The notes beneath the pieces were generated by a model, which saw nothing but the letters and a program-made list of their open reading frames with translations, did no database searches and was not told the DNA's origin. A stretch of DNA of 64,000 nt from Rhynchopus sp. YZ270_cl-10 (taxonomy: Eukaryota). Shown here piece by piece: positions 48,036-59,387 of this stretch. The stretch's first letter is position 1. Each line of letters starts with the position of its first letter. The stretch spans positions 1,426,001 through 1,490,000 of the forward strand of contig OZ037838.1 of NCBI GenBank assembly GCA_964035575.1, read 5' to 3'. The position numbers were made by a program, and so were the translations under genes.

Positions 48036-49133
48036 ATGGATGTGACTTTTGTGCTGGAAGAGTCAGGCGTGACTGCGACAGTGGAGGTGCCGTGCGAGGC
48101 GGACGTTGCAGCGGCAAAGGAGGTTGCGTGCACGGCGCTTGCTGTCTCGCCTGCGTCTGTCGAGATGCGCATCGGCACGCAGGTGCTGGAGGGGACGTGC
48201 CGTCTGCAGGACACTGCGTTTGATGCAGGGGTGCAGGTTGTGCTTGCCCGCCGCTTTGCCAACATCAAGTGTCCTGCTGAGTACAGTCTAGAAGTACCAC
48301 CTCGGACGTCGGAAATGAATATATATGACTTATCGCTGTCTCCTTGTGGAGCACTCTGCCTCTTTGCACAGGAAGGCTACGTCACAGGTCTCGATACAGA
48401 AACCTTCAGCCCTGCCTTCAAGTTCAAAGTAGACATTCCGGTGTACGGTGCGCCTGCCATCTCACGGTGCAAGACACGCTGCTACCTGGCGTGTAAGGAA
48501 GAAGGTCTTCACGAGGTTGCGCTTCCGGGTGGGGAGGTGCTCCGCAAAGTCGACGGCTTCTCGAACGCAGTGTACGCGTGTGGTGGTGTTGTTGTCTCTC
48601 GAGGGCGTTTCAACGACGGCGTTTCTGTGTATGACGAAGACCTGACGTTGCTCTGGGGCATGGCACTGTCGGACTGTCGCCCCTCCTCCGATGACGCACG
48701 TCTGTGGGATATGAACACAGGTGAAGTTGTGGCATGTGTGGCTGAGGCTTGGAGGCCGGCGCTTTCACGGTGTGCCTGTGCTGCCTTTGCTTTGGGATGC
48801 GATAACAAAATGAAGACCTTTGACTGGAGTGGTGCGACTCTTGGCAGCTTTGAAATACCGAGGAAGCATCATACCGCTTCCATACAGATCACTCCGTGTG
48901 GGAAGTATCTCGTAGTTAAGTTTATGCAGGGTTATTATGACGGATTTTTACTGCACCAGTATGATGTGGCGACCACGTCCTGTGTGCGTGTGTTCCGCGT
49001 GCGGGCCGACGTGCCGTTTGCGCTGTCGCCGTGTTCGCGTATGGTAGTGTTGATCGAGAAAGAGCAATACCTACGTGCGGACGGGTTATTCACACGATTC
49101 ACCATTGAGACGAGACATCTGTACCCCTACTGA
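48036..49133 (+). CDS. Ubl-propeller family copy 9 (365 aa), with in-frame deletions in blades 3-4
   Basis: LTLLWGMALSDCRPSSDDARLWD lacks the RxLSHxxC and GGWVIT segments present in the paralogues. Confidence 0.85.
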   Translation: MDVTFVLEESGVTATVEVPCEADVAAAKEVACTALAVSPASVEMRIGTQVLEGTCRLQDTAFDAGVQVVLARRFANIKCPAEYSLEVPPRTSEMNIYDLSLSPCGALCLFAQEGYVTGLDTETFSPAFKFKVDIPVYGAPAISRCKTRCYLACKEEGLHEVALPGGEVLRKVDGFSNAVYACGGVVVSRGRFNDGVSVYDEDLTLLWGMALSDCRPSSDDARLWDMNTGEVVACVAEAWRPALSRCACAAFALGCDNKMKTFDWSGATLGSFEIPRKHHTASIQITPCGKYLVVKFMQGYYDGFLLHQYDVATTSCVRVFRVRADVPFALSPCSRMVVLIEKEQYLRADGLFTRFTIETRHLYPY

Positions 49134-49562
49134 GTGATGTTTTGCGAGAGGTTGTGTTTGTGCAGCTTCTCGCTGTCGCTGAGTATTGCGCTGTTCTGCT
49201 GCAGTGAGTTGCACCACCGTAGGATGGGATACGTATTTTTATTTTCGGGGACATGACAATTGTGACATATCTTAGGAAATCTTTTAGTATACAAAGAGAA
49301 AAACAAACAGATTTTGACAAACGGACAATAAAATGCTTCTTCTTTTTTAAGTGTCAACTTTTATTTTTTCACACTCCTGGTCGTGACAACTTTCCTGCAG
49401 TCAACGCAGGGAAAGAAGAATCAACGATGTGACACAGGATATGGGTAGAACCGACACCTTTGTGTGTCTCAACCAAACCAATTCTATTCCCACACCCTTC
49501 CACGTCTACCAACGTACCACATCACAGTGCGTTAAACACAAAGGATCCTGATACAGAAAACA

Positions 49563-50669
49563 ATGGATGTGACCTTTGTGCTGGAAGAGTCAGGCATGAC
49601 TGCGACAGTGGAGGTGCCGTGCGAGGCGGACGTTGCAGCGGCAAAGGAGGTTGCGTGCACGGCGCTTGCTGTCTCGCCTGCGTCTGTCGAGATGCGCATC
49701 GGCACGCAGGTGCTGGAGGGGACGTGCCGTCTGCAGGACACTGCGTTTGATGCAGGGGTGCAGGTTGTGCTTGCCCGCCCTCGCTTGGCCGACATCAAGT
49801 GTCCTGCTGAGTACAGTCTAGAGGCGCCACCTGGTAGACCGGGGCTGGATATAATTCGTTTTTCCCTGTCTCCTTGTGGAGCACTCTGCCTCTTTACACA
49901 GAAGGCACGCTATGTCACCGGCCTCGATGCAGAAACCTTCAGCCTTGCCTTCAGGTTCAAAGTTGACATTGATGTGTGCGGTCCGCCTGCCATCTCACGG
50001 TGCAAGACACGCTGTTACCTGGCGAGTATGGAAGGCCTTCTCAAAGTTGCTCTTCCGGGTGGGGAGGTGCTCCGCCAAGTTAACGGCATCTCGACGTCGG
50101 TGTTCGCGTGTGGCAGTGTTGTTGTCTCCCAGCGCATAGACGGTGTCTCTGTGTATGACAAAGACCTGACGTTGCTCCGCACTCTCTCGCATAAACAGTG
50201 CGCGGACTTGGCAGTATCGGACTGTGGTGGGTGGGTGATCACCTCCTCCGGAACAAAGAAGAGCGCACGTCTGTGGGATGTGAACACAGGTGAAGCTGTG
50301 GCATGTGTGCCTGCTAGTGGGATCGTGGCGCTTTCACGATGTGCTTCTGTCTTTGCTGTGGTGTGCTCTCAGAAAGTGCAGCTCTATGACTGGAGTGGTG
50401 CGGCTCTTGGCAGCTTTGATAAGGCGAGGCATTTATTTGTTCACCTGCAGTTCACTCCCTCCGGGAAGTATCTCGTAGTGCAGATGATGGATAGGGCTGC
50501 TGAAAAATATTTACTGCACCAGTATGATTTAGCCACCATGTCCTGTGTACGTGTGATATCGGACTTCAATGACTACTGTACGTTTACGATATCACCGTGT
50601 TCACGTGTGGTACTCTTTACGAACAGGAGACGATACACTATTGAGACGAGACATCTGTACCCCTACTGA
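49563..50669 (+). CDS. Ubl-propeller family copy 10 (368 aa)
   Basis: Intact ORF. Confidence 0.92.
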   Translation: MDVTFVLEESGMTATVEVPCEADVAAAKEVACTALAVSPASVEMRIGTQVLEGTCRLQDTAFDAGVQVVLARPRLADIKCPAEYSLEAPPGRPGLDIIRFSLSPCGALCLFTQKARYVTGLDAETFSLAFRFKVDIDVCGPPAISRCKTRCYLASMEGLLKVALPGGEVLRQVNGISTSVFACGSVVVSQRIDGVSVYDKDLTLLRTLSHKQCADLAVSDCGGWVITSSGTKKSARLWDVNTGEAVACVPASGIVALSRCASVFAVVCSQKVQLYDWSGAALGSFDKARHLFVHLQFTPSGKYLVVQMMDRAAEKYLLHQYDLATMSCVRVISDFNDYCTFTISPCSRVVLFTNRRRYTIETRHLYPY

Positions 50670-52330
50670 GTGATGTTTTGCGAGAGGTTGTGTTTGTGCA
50701 GCTTCTCGCAGGCAGTCCACCCCAGAAGCACCTCCTCGCTGTCGCTGAGTATTGCGCTGTTCTGCTGTAGTGAGCTGCACCACCGTAGGATGGGATACGT
50801 ATCTTTTTTGCATCGGATCCATTCGATGACACACAGAGTGGCATGCTGTGGACTGCACATAGAAGAACTGTGTGTAATGGGTTTTGCATCTGAGAAATGT
50901 TGTGCTCCACCTGTCGGTTTGTGTGGATTGGGAGGGCAGGGGAGGGGGGGACCGAGGGGGGGTGGGTAAGAAGTAAAAAAACGGAGGATTTAGTTGTGCG
51001 TTCTTCTTTTATTGTCAATTCGGTGACATGTCACTTGTGAAATATCGTAGGAAATATTTTAGTATACGCGAAGACGATTCTTGTGCTCCTCATTCTCCCC
51101 CACACTATGTCAATACAACAGGTTAGACCGTTTGGTCTGGGAGGGTTTGGGGTTTCTTCTTTCTCTCAGTTCAATGTTGAACAATTTCGAGAGGCGTTTT
51201 ATTTATTTTTCAAAAAATGCGTTCCAACTTTTCAACATTTTCCCCAATTTACCTTTCACGCTTTTTTACCCTCCCCCGTTTTAGAATCAACAGAGAGTGT
51301 ACGTTAAGCTTTGAATTGAAAAACAAAATGATGAACATCACAATCTTTTTTTTTTTTGTTTTTAGTAAACACGTAGTATTTGACAAAATGCTCCAGACCC
51401 TCGTGAAAAGTCGCGCGTTCGGCGTATCCACCTCCCCGCTTGTTTTCCCCCTCTCTTTCCCCCCTGTGCTCCACAACATTTTCTGTACTTCAGGAATAAC
51501 ACATTCAAACCGTAAATCTGCGTATTTACCGTTATCAAGTCGAAAAAAGAAAAAAGAAAATGGAAGCGAACAACAAACAACCTAAATTTTTCCTCTTCCC
51601 GTTTTTATCCTTTTGAGCAACAAGCAAAGAGTAACGAGTCTCTCGAGCATTTTTTGAGATTCTCCTTGATGTGGGCTCTGAACAAGATAAAACAATAAGC
51701 TCGCGTTTCTTTTATCGAACAGATTTTATTCTCCGCCCCGTACCCAAAACGTAAACACCACTTTGAATCAGAAAAAATATTTTCCTCTCCTTTTTTCTTC
51801 CACACGCGCTGGTTTTTGTATTTCGCTAATTTTTATCAAAAAGCTTTCTTTATATGATACAACTGCGGACGTATGGCGTACGATGGCGTCTGCAGCAGCG
51901 CTGTGCGAAGACGGCTTTGACATGAGCTATGAGGGAAGGTGATGCCCGAAGGTGCGGACTTAGTGAAGTGGGGCAGACTTCTTTCTCAGGTTCTGTAGGC
52001 TGCTGTGCGGTCCTCGCATGGAACGCACAGCGGCAGCTTCACTTCATGTTGAAGAGCTGTCACCCAAAGGTGTCGGTGTCATTGGTGTCACGAGCATGTA
52101 TCTTGCCATAGTGCCCCTGCCTTGTGTTGGTGCACCTATAAACGGAGGATTGGGTAGTGCTCTGCTTTCGAGGGGCTACAGCGAATTTCTTTTCATATCC
52201 TGAAGTCAGATTCTACGGCGGCATTGTCTTTGCAGTTCTGTTGGTCAACATGCACAGCAGACGTGCGCACATCGCATACACAACCTTGCAGAACACCACA
52301 CCACCCCGCCTCTAACGAAGACACAAAACA

Positions 52331-53431
52331 ATGGATGTGACCTTTGTGCTGGAAGAGTCAGGCGTGACTGCGACAGTGGAGGTGCCGTGCGAGGCGGACG
52401 TTGCAGCGGCAAAGGAGGTTGCGTGCACGGCGCTTGCTGTCTCGCCTGCGTCTGTCGAGATGCGCATCGGCACGCAGGTGCTGGAGGGGACGTGCCGTCT
52501 GCAGGACACTGCGTTTGATTCAGGGGTGCAGGTTGTGCTTGCCCGCCGCTTTGCCGACATCAAGTGTCCTTCTGAGTACACTGTAGAGGTGCCAACTGTT
52601 GGACAGGACATGAGTTCTAATCGCTTTTCGTTGTCTCCTTGTGGAGCACTCTGCCTCTTTACACAGGCACGCTATATCACCGGCCTCGATACAGACACCT
52701 TCAGCCCTGCCTTCAGGTTCAAAGTAGACTTTGATGTGTGCGGTGCGCCTGCCATCTCGCGGTGCAAGACACGCTGTTACCTGATGAGTAGGAATTGTCT
52801 TGCGGAGGTTGCTCTTCCGGGTGGGGAGGTGCTCCGCAAAGTTAACGGCACCTCGTATTCAGTGTTCGCGTGTGGTGGTGTTGTTGTCTCTCTGAGAATT
52901 CTCAGCGTCTCTGTGTATGACGAAGACCTGACGTTGCTCCGCACTCTCTCGCATAAACACTGCGGGGGCTTGGCAGTGTCGGACTGTGGTGGGTGGGTGA
53001 TCACCTCCTCCGAAGCAGAGAAGAACGCACGTCTGTGGGATGTGAACACAGGTGAAGCTGTGGCATGTGTGCCTGCTAATAGGATCGTGGCGCTTTCACG
53101 GTCTGCTTCTGTCTTTGCTGTGGTGTGCTCTGACAAAGTGCAGCTCTATGACTGGAGTGGTGCGGCTCTTGGCAGCTTTGAAAAGGCGCATCATGCATTT
53201 GCTGGCATGCAGTTCACTCCCTCCGGGAAGTATCTCGTAGTACGGTTGCTGGATATGGGTGCTAATAAATATTTACTGCACCAGTATGATGTAACGACTA
53301 TGTCCTGTGTGCGTGTGATACCGGACTTTGACGGCTGCCGTGAGTTTGCGATATCGCCGTGTTCACGTGTGCTACTCTTTACGAACAGGAGACGAAACAC
53401 TATTGTGACACGACATCTGTACCCCTACTAG
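52331..53431 (+). CDS. Ubl-propeller family copy 11 (366 aa); stop codon supplied by a transposon end
   Basis: Intact ORF ending TAC-TAG, where the TAG is the first three bases of the 53429 element. Confidence 0.92.
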   Translation: MDVTFVLEESGVTATVEVPCEADVAAAKEVACTALAVSPASVEMRIGTQVLEGTCRLQDTAFDSGVQVVLARRFADIKCPSEYTVEVPTVGQDMSSNRFSLSPCGALCLFTQARYITGLDTDTFSPAFRFKVDFDVCGAPAISRCKTRCYLMSRNCLAEVALPGGEVLRKVNGTSYSVFACGGVVVSLRILSVSVYDEDLTLLRTLSHKHCGGLAVSDCGGWVITSSEAEKNARLWDVNTGEAVACVPANRIVALSRSASVFAVVCSDKVQLYDWSGAALGSFEKAHHAFAGMQFTPSGKYLVVRLLDMGANKYLLHQYDVTTMSCVRVIPDFDGCREFAISPCSRVLLFTNRRRNTIVTRHLYPY

Positions 53432-55066
53432 GGGGGGCCGTCCGGCCGTTTTTGCTGTCCAAAACCACTTTTTTCGTAAAAACCCGCGAAAAACCCGAAA
53501 AAACACCCAAAAACCCCCCCAAACCCCCAAAAAATCACCCAAAACCACGAAAAACACACTTTTGAGCACTATTTCGTACTTTTTCCTGATTTTTTGGTGT
53601 TTTTTCCCGCTTTTTCCGCCTTTTTCCATGGAATTATACCCCCTAATATGCCTATAGAATCCCTGTACTGCTCACTGAGACAGCATAGCGACCAGAGGCT
53701 CCTTATTCATCGTACCGGTGTCTTCGTCATCAAGGGGTGTACAATCTTCCGCAAATTCCTGCATCTCTGTCTTTGTGAAGAGATCAAGCACTCTAGTGTT
53801 GTACTTTTCAAGTTGCTGCTTCTGGGTGCTTTGCATGGACCTGCCTTTGTGGTGTGCTTGGTGTGTGCTGCGGCAAGTTCTTCCCTTGAGAGAGACGGAA
53901 CCCAACCTAGACTGTAGAGGATGTCTAGGTTTCAGCGACAGTGAGTCGGTGTTGTCGGGGTGCTGGCTCCTTCCGTGGTGGCTTGCAACTTGGTCAAGGA
54001 CACCGACAATGGATTCGCACGAATCATTGGTTATGGGAGGAGGCAAGCAAGGCTTTACTGCACTTAGGCACAGGATACGTTGTCATTTTCAGGGACCAAA
54101 AAAGTCCTAGCAAGTGCTGCAAGTACGATTTTACACAGCTCAGGAGGTCTGTCGGGCAGTTCGGAGGGATTTAGACACTTCTGCGACTGCCTGAACACGC
54201 CTTTTGGGTTTTTGGGTTTTGGGTGCGAAAAACGTCAACAAGGGGAGGAAATACCGTTATTTTAAGCGTTGCAGACACAAAAAACACCCTCAAAAACCCC
54301 CCAGGGACCCCAAAAAGCTGCAAAATCCACACATTTCCACCTCGGGACCTCATTGGAGGTGGACTGAGGTGTTTTTTCGGTGTTTTGAATGAATTGAAAT
54401 TATTTTTTTTTGGTAAATAAATGGTCTTCTGCTAGGCGTTGCATAGCCGTTGCTTAAGTGTTGCATAAGTGTTGCATGGCCTATAAAACCCTCCCAAGTG
54501 CTCGAAATGCTATTTTTCACCCTACATGGGGTCTGGGGGACATTTTCCTGGGTGTTTGGACACCATTTCGACTACCTTGGCACTTTTTTGGGGGTTTTCA
54601 GGTACAAAAAAAGTCAAAAAAGTGACTAAAAAAAGGGTACTTTTAAGCGTTTGGGGCACACACACCCACTGCAAAATGCATCTGGGGCCCCCACAGGACC
54701 CCTAAAAGCTGTAAAAACCATATATTTCCACCCTGGGACCCCACCGGATGTGGACCGAGGTGTTTTTCGGGTGTTTAGAAGGAATTTTGTCTGACTGGAA
54801 AATTTTTTTGGTAAGTGTTGCATTTTGGCCATCTTGGTGACGATCTGGTGACGCCATTTTTGGAGATTTTTCACAAAAAACCGATTTTTTTTAACCAGGA
54901 AAGTCTCTGTAGAGGTTGTCAGGTGGTTTAATGGGATATTTGGGTGATCCCCAGGGCGATTTGCGGCCAGGCACGCCCACCTAAGTGGATTTCTTCACCT
55001 AAATTTCAAAAAAATGGGTTTTGGACAGCAAATCCTTAAGGAATTCCTTATACGTGGCCCCCCCTA
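53429..55066. mobile_element. 1638-bp non-autonomous MULE-like element with an 11-bp TSD
   Basis: TGTACCCCTAC at 53418-28 and 55067-77; TIR TAGGGGGGGCC...TTTGCTGTCCAAAACC at both ends. The normal family 3' flank TGAGTGATGTTTTGCGAG resumes at 55078. Confidence 0.93.
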
Positions 55067-55408
55067 TGTACCCCTACTGAGTGATGTTTTGCGAGAGGTT
55101 GTGTTTGTGCAGCTTCTCGCAGGCAGTCCACCCCAGAAGCACCTCCTCGCTGTCGCTGAGTACTGCGGTGTTCCTATCGTGCATCAGTATTTGCGTTGCA
55201 CCCTCGACCTGCTAGCCTGTGAGGAAATAGGTTTTGAGGATAACGACCACACGACCCTTTACCCCTCTTTCCCACTTTTGCTTTGTTCAAACCCTCTTCT
55301 GCTGGTGGAAACCACAGACGTAACGAAACTATCACACAAACACACAAAACAAAACAACCCACACCCCATCTCCTCCCAACAGAGGTGGAACAAAAAGAAG
55401 ACAAAACA

Positions 55409-56533
55409 ATGGATGTGACTTTTGTGCTGGAAGAGTCAGGCGTGACTGCGACAGTGGAGGTGCCGTGCGAGGCGGACGTTGCAGCGGCAAAGGAGGTTGC
55501 GTGCACGGCGCTTGCTGTCTCGCCTGCGTCTGTCGAGATGCGCATCGGCACGCAGGTGCTGGAGGGGACGTGCCGTCTGCAGGACACTGCGTTTGATGCA
55601 GGGGTGAAGGTTGTGCTTGCCTGTCCTCGCTTTGCCGACATCAAGTGTCCTGCTGAGTACACTGTACCACCTCGCATGGAACCTATTACGGGTAGGCAGA
55701 ATATATATTACTTTTCGTTGTCTCCTTGTGGAGCACTTTGCCTCTTTATACAGAATGCAGGCTATGTCACCGTCCTCGATACAGACACCTTCAGCCCTTC
55801 CTTCAAGTTCAAAGTAGACATTGAGGTGCGCGGTGCGCCTGCCATCTCACGGTGCAAGACACGCTGCTACCTGGTGTGCAGGGAAGCAGGTCTGCACGAG
55901 GTTGCGCTTCCGGGTGGGGAGGTGCTACGCAAAGTTAACGACACCTCGCAGGAAGTGTTCGCGTGTGGCAGTGTTGTTGTATCGAAGGGCAAAGACGGCG
56001 TCTCTGTGTATGACGAAGACCTGACGTTGCTCCGCTCTCTCTCGCACGAAGGGTTTTTGGCCTTGGCAGTATCGGAATGTGGTGGGTGGGCGATCACCTC
56101 CTCCAAATCAGAGAAGGACGCACGTCTGTGGGATGTGAACACAGGTGAAGCTGTGGCATGTGTGCCTGCAGAGGGGTGGTCTAGCGTGGTGCTTTCACGA
56201 TCTGCCTCTGTCTTTGCTGTGGTATGCAGGGATAAAATGCAGCTCTATGACTGGAGTGGTGCGGCTATTCGCATGGTTAAAAGGGCGCATCAGATATTTG
56301 CTGGCGTGCAGTTCACTCCGTGTGGGAAGTATCTCGTCGTACGGGTGATGGATATGGATGCTGGCAAACATCATTTACTGTACCAGTATGATGTGGCGAC
56401 CATGTCCTGTGTGCGTGAGATACCGGACTCCGACAGCTCCGATGAGTTTACGATATCGCCGTGTTCACGTGTGGTAGTGTTTGTGAATTTGCTACGAAAA
56501 TCTATTGAGACGAGACATCTGTACCCCTACTGA
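55409..56533 (+). CDS. Ubl-propeller family copy 12 (374 aa)
   Basis: Intact ORF; sister of copy 15. Confidence 0.92.
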   Translation: MDVTFVLEESGVTATVEVPCEADVAAAKEVACTALAVSPASVEMRIGTQVLEGTCRLQDTAFDAGVKVVLACPRFADIKCPAEYTVPPRMEPITGRQNIYYFSLSPCGALCLFIQNAGYVTVLDTDTFSPSFKFKVDIEVRGAPAISRCKTRCYLVCREAGLHEVALPGGEVLRKVNDTSQEVFACGSVVVSKGKDGVSVYDEDLTLLRSLSHEGFLALAVSECGGWAITSSKSEKDARLWDVNTGEAVACVPAEGWSSVVLSRSASVFAVVCRDKMQLYDWSGAAIRMVKRAHQIFAGVQFTPCGKYLVVRVMDMDAGKHHLLYQYDVATMSCVREIPDSDSSDEFTISPCSRVVVFVNLLRKSIETRHLYPY

Positions 56534-57256
56534 GTGATGTTTTGCGAGAGGTTGTGTTTGTGCAGCTTCTCGCAGGCAGTCCACCCCAGAAGCACCTCCT
56601 CACTGTCGCTGAGTATTGCGCTGTTCTGCTGCAGTGAGCTGCACCACCGTAGGATGGGATACGTATCTTTTTTGCATCGGATCCATTCGATGACACACAG
56701 AGTGGCATGCTGTGGACTGCACATAGAAGAACTGTGTGTAATGGGTTTGCATCTGAGAAAATTGGTGCTCCACCTGTCGGTTTGTGCGGATTGGGAGGGC
56801 AGGGGAGGGGGGGTGGGTAAGAAGTAAAAAAACGGAGGATTCGGTTGTGGGTTCTTCTTTTATTGAAAAACAAAATGATGAAAGTCTTTGTTTGTTGTTG
56901 TTTTTGAGATTCTCCTTGATGTGGGCTCTCGGGATACGACTTAGTGAAGTGTGAAGCGGCAGCTTCACTTCATGTTGAAGAGCTGTCACCCAAAGGTGTC
57001 GGTGTCATTGGTGTCACGAGCATGTATCTTGCCATAGTGCCCCTGCCTTATGTTGGTGCACCTATAAACGGAGGATTGGGTAGTGCTCTGCTTTCGAGGG
57101 GCTACAGCGAATTTCTTTTCATATCCTGAAGTCAGATTCTACGGCGGCATTGTCTTTGCAGTTCTGTTGGTCAACATGCACAGCAGACGTGCGCACATCG
57201 CATACACAACCTTGCAGAACACCACACCACCCCGCCTCTAACGAAGACACAAAACA

Positions 57257-58381
57257 ATGGATGTGACCTTTGTGCTGGAAGAGTCAGGCGTGACTGCGAC
57301 AGTGGAGGTGCCGTGCGAGGCGGACGTTGCAGCGGCAAAGGAGGTTGCGTGCACGGCGCTTGCTGTCTCGCCTGCGTCTGTCGAGATGCGCATCGGCACG
57401 CAGGTGCTGGAGGGGACGTGCCGTCTGCAGGACACTGCGTTTGCTGAAGGGGTGCAGGTTGTGCTTGCCCGCCGCTTTGCCGACATCAAGTGTCCTGCTG
57501 AGAAGAGTGAGGATGCAGCACACTTGTCGCTGTCGTGTTGTGGAACGCTCTGCGTATTTTCAGGCGAATATACTGGGCATGTTGGCGGCTTCGACACAGA
57601 AACCTTCGACACTGTCTTCTCGTTCGAAGTGGACAGTGAAGTGCGCGGTCCGCCTGCCATCTCGCAGTGCAAGACACGCTGCTATGTGCCGTGTTGGGAA
57701 GACTTACACATGGTTGCGCTTCCGGGTGGGGAGGTGCTCCGCAAAGTCGACGGCATCTTATACTCAGTGTTTGCGTGTGGTGGTGTTGTTGTCTCCCATG
57801 GCAAAGACGGCGTCTCTGTGTATGACGAAGGCCTGACGTTGCTCCGCTCTCTCTCGCACGCGGAGTGTAGGAATATGGCCCTGTCGGACTGTGGTGGGTG
57901 GGTGATCATCTCCTCCGAAGAAGAGAAAAAGGCACGTCTGTGGGATGTGAACACAGGTGAAGCTGTGGCATGTGTGCCTGCAGAGGGGTGCGATGGGGTG
58001 GCGCTTTCACGGTCTGCCTCTGTCTTTGCTGTGGGGGAGGACAACACCTTGCACCTCTTTGATTGGAGTGGTGCGGCTCTTCGCAGTGTTGATGTGGGTG
58101 GGCTTGTCTTGGGCATGCAGTTCACCCCGTGTGGGAAGTACCTCATAGTCAAGGTGGATGTTGAGGCATGCACAGATGGTACAGATGGTGACGAAGAATA
58201 TGATGAGTACGCCGTACAGCTGCAACAGTACGATGTGGCGACCATGTCCCGTGTGCGTGTGATCCCGCAAGCCCATTTTAGTTCCTTTGCTATATCACCC
58301 TGTTCACGTGTCGTTGTGTTTGGGTGTGATGCCACTGACGTTGTTGTAACAAGGCATCTGTACCCACACAACAGTGAGTGA
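57257..58381 (+). CDS. Ubl-propeller family copy 13 (374 aa)
   Basis: Intact ORF; HNSE subtype with an acidic loop insertion; 3' flank shared with copy 5. Confidence 0.92.
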   Translation: MDVTFVLEESGVTATVEVPCEADVAAAKEVACTALAVSPASVEMRIGTQVLEGTCRLQDTAFAEGVQVVLARRFADIKCPAEKSEDAAHLSLSCCGTLCVFSGEYTGHVGGFDTETFDTVFSFEVDSEVRGPPAISQCKTRCYVPCWEDLHMVALPGGEVLRKVDGILYSVFACGGVVVSHGKDGVSVYDEGLTLLRSLSHAECRNMALSDCGGWVIISSEEEKKARLWDVNTGEAVACVPAEGCDGVALSRSASVFAVGEDNTLHLFDWSGAALRSVDVGGLVLGMQFTPCGKYLIVKVDVEACTDGTDGDEEYDEYAVQLQQYDVATMSRVRVIPQAHFSSFAISPCSRVVVFGCDATDVVVTRHLYPHNSE

Positions 58382-59387
58382 TGTTTCGCGAGGGGTGGGA
58401 GGGTGGTGACTGTATTCTGACAGAAGGGGACAGTGAAGTGTCTGCAGAGGGTATACCATCAACTGCATAGACCACACCGTCAATCTAGCTCAAGCGGACG
58501 TCTTTTCACACATAATGCACAAAGGCGTCGTTGTCGTATTATATTTTGGAGTCAGGCCATATTATTGCACACGGGAGGGCAGCCACATCGAGGGGTGAGG
58601 TGCTGCTCTAAATGACTTCTCGAGTCATTGCACTTCGCGGTTAGGACCAAGGGAAGATACCCTTCTTCAGAAGAGTGTGCACAAGATAAATCAAAAAGCT
58701 TGCGTTTCTTTTATCGAAACAGATTTTTTTCTCCGCCCCGTACCCAAAACGTAAACACCGCATTCCGAAAAAATAGTTTTCCTCCACACGTTCATTTTTG
58801 TGTTCGCTCATTTTTATCAAAAAGCTTTTAGCCCTACCCTAGTTTCGAGCGCGAAACGTTTCTCTATGTGTGCACTCATATCAGATCCTGGCCCCTTGTG
58901 TGTCTCCCAAAAACCAAAAGCGTTGTGTGAAGTTTAAAAATAACACCAGAAAAGTTTGCACAATACAAAACTAATGCTGCCTCAGCAGGCAGATTGAACC
59001 AAAGTATGGTGGCCACGTTCAAAAGCAAAACACAGTGGAGCACATCCACACTAATACAACCAAGCTTTCAAAGACAAAACAAAAGATCTCTCCCCGACCT
59101 GTTTGTTGTCTCTTGCACACCACACCCGCACTCCCTACCTCCCTTTTGATACCTGTCTACGTCCACAGAGAGACATCACTCCAGTCCATCTCGTCGCCCA
59201 CGAGTTGCTCTCGTGTGGGTGACATACCGCGATGTGAGTCACAGTGAGTGACATTTTCCTTTTGTCACCTCTTACAACGAGAACCACCACAAACATGCAA
59301 CACAGAACAACACCTCTCCCCCACCCCGTCCGTTTGTGGTGGAGCAAACGTGCTGATTTGCACCTTCTCACGAAGCAACGCAACACA

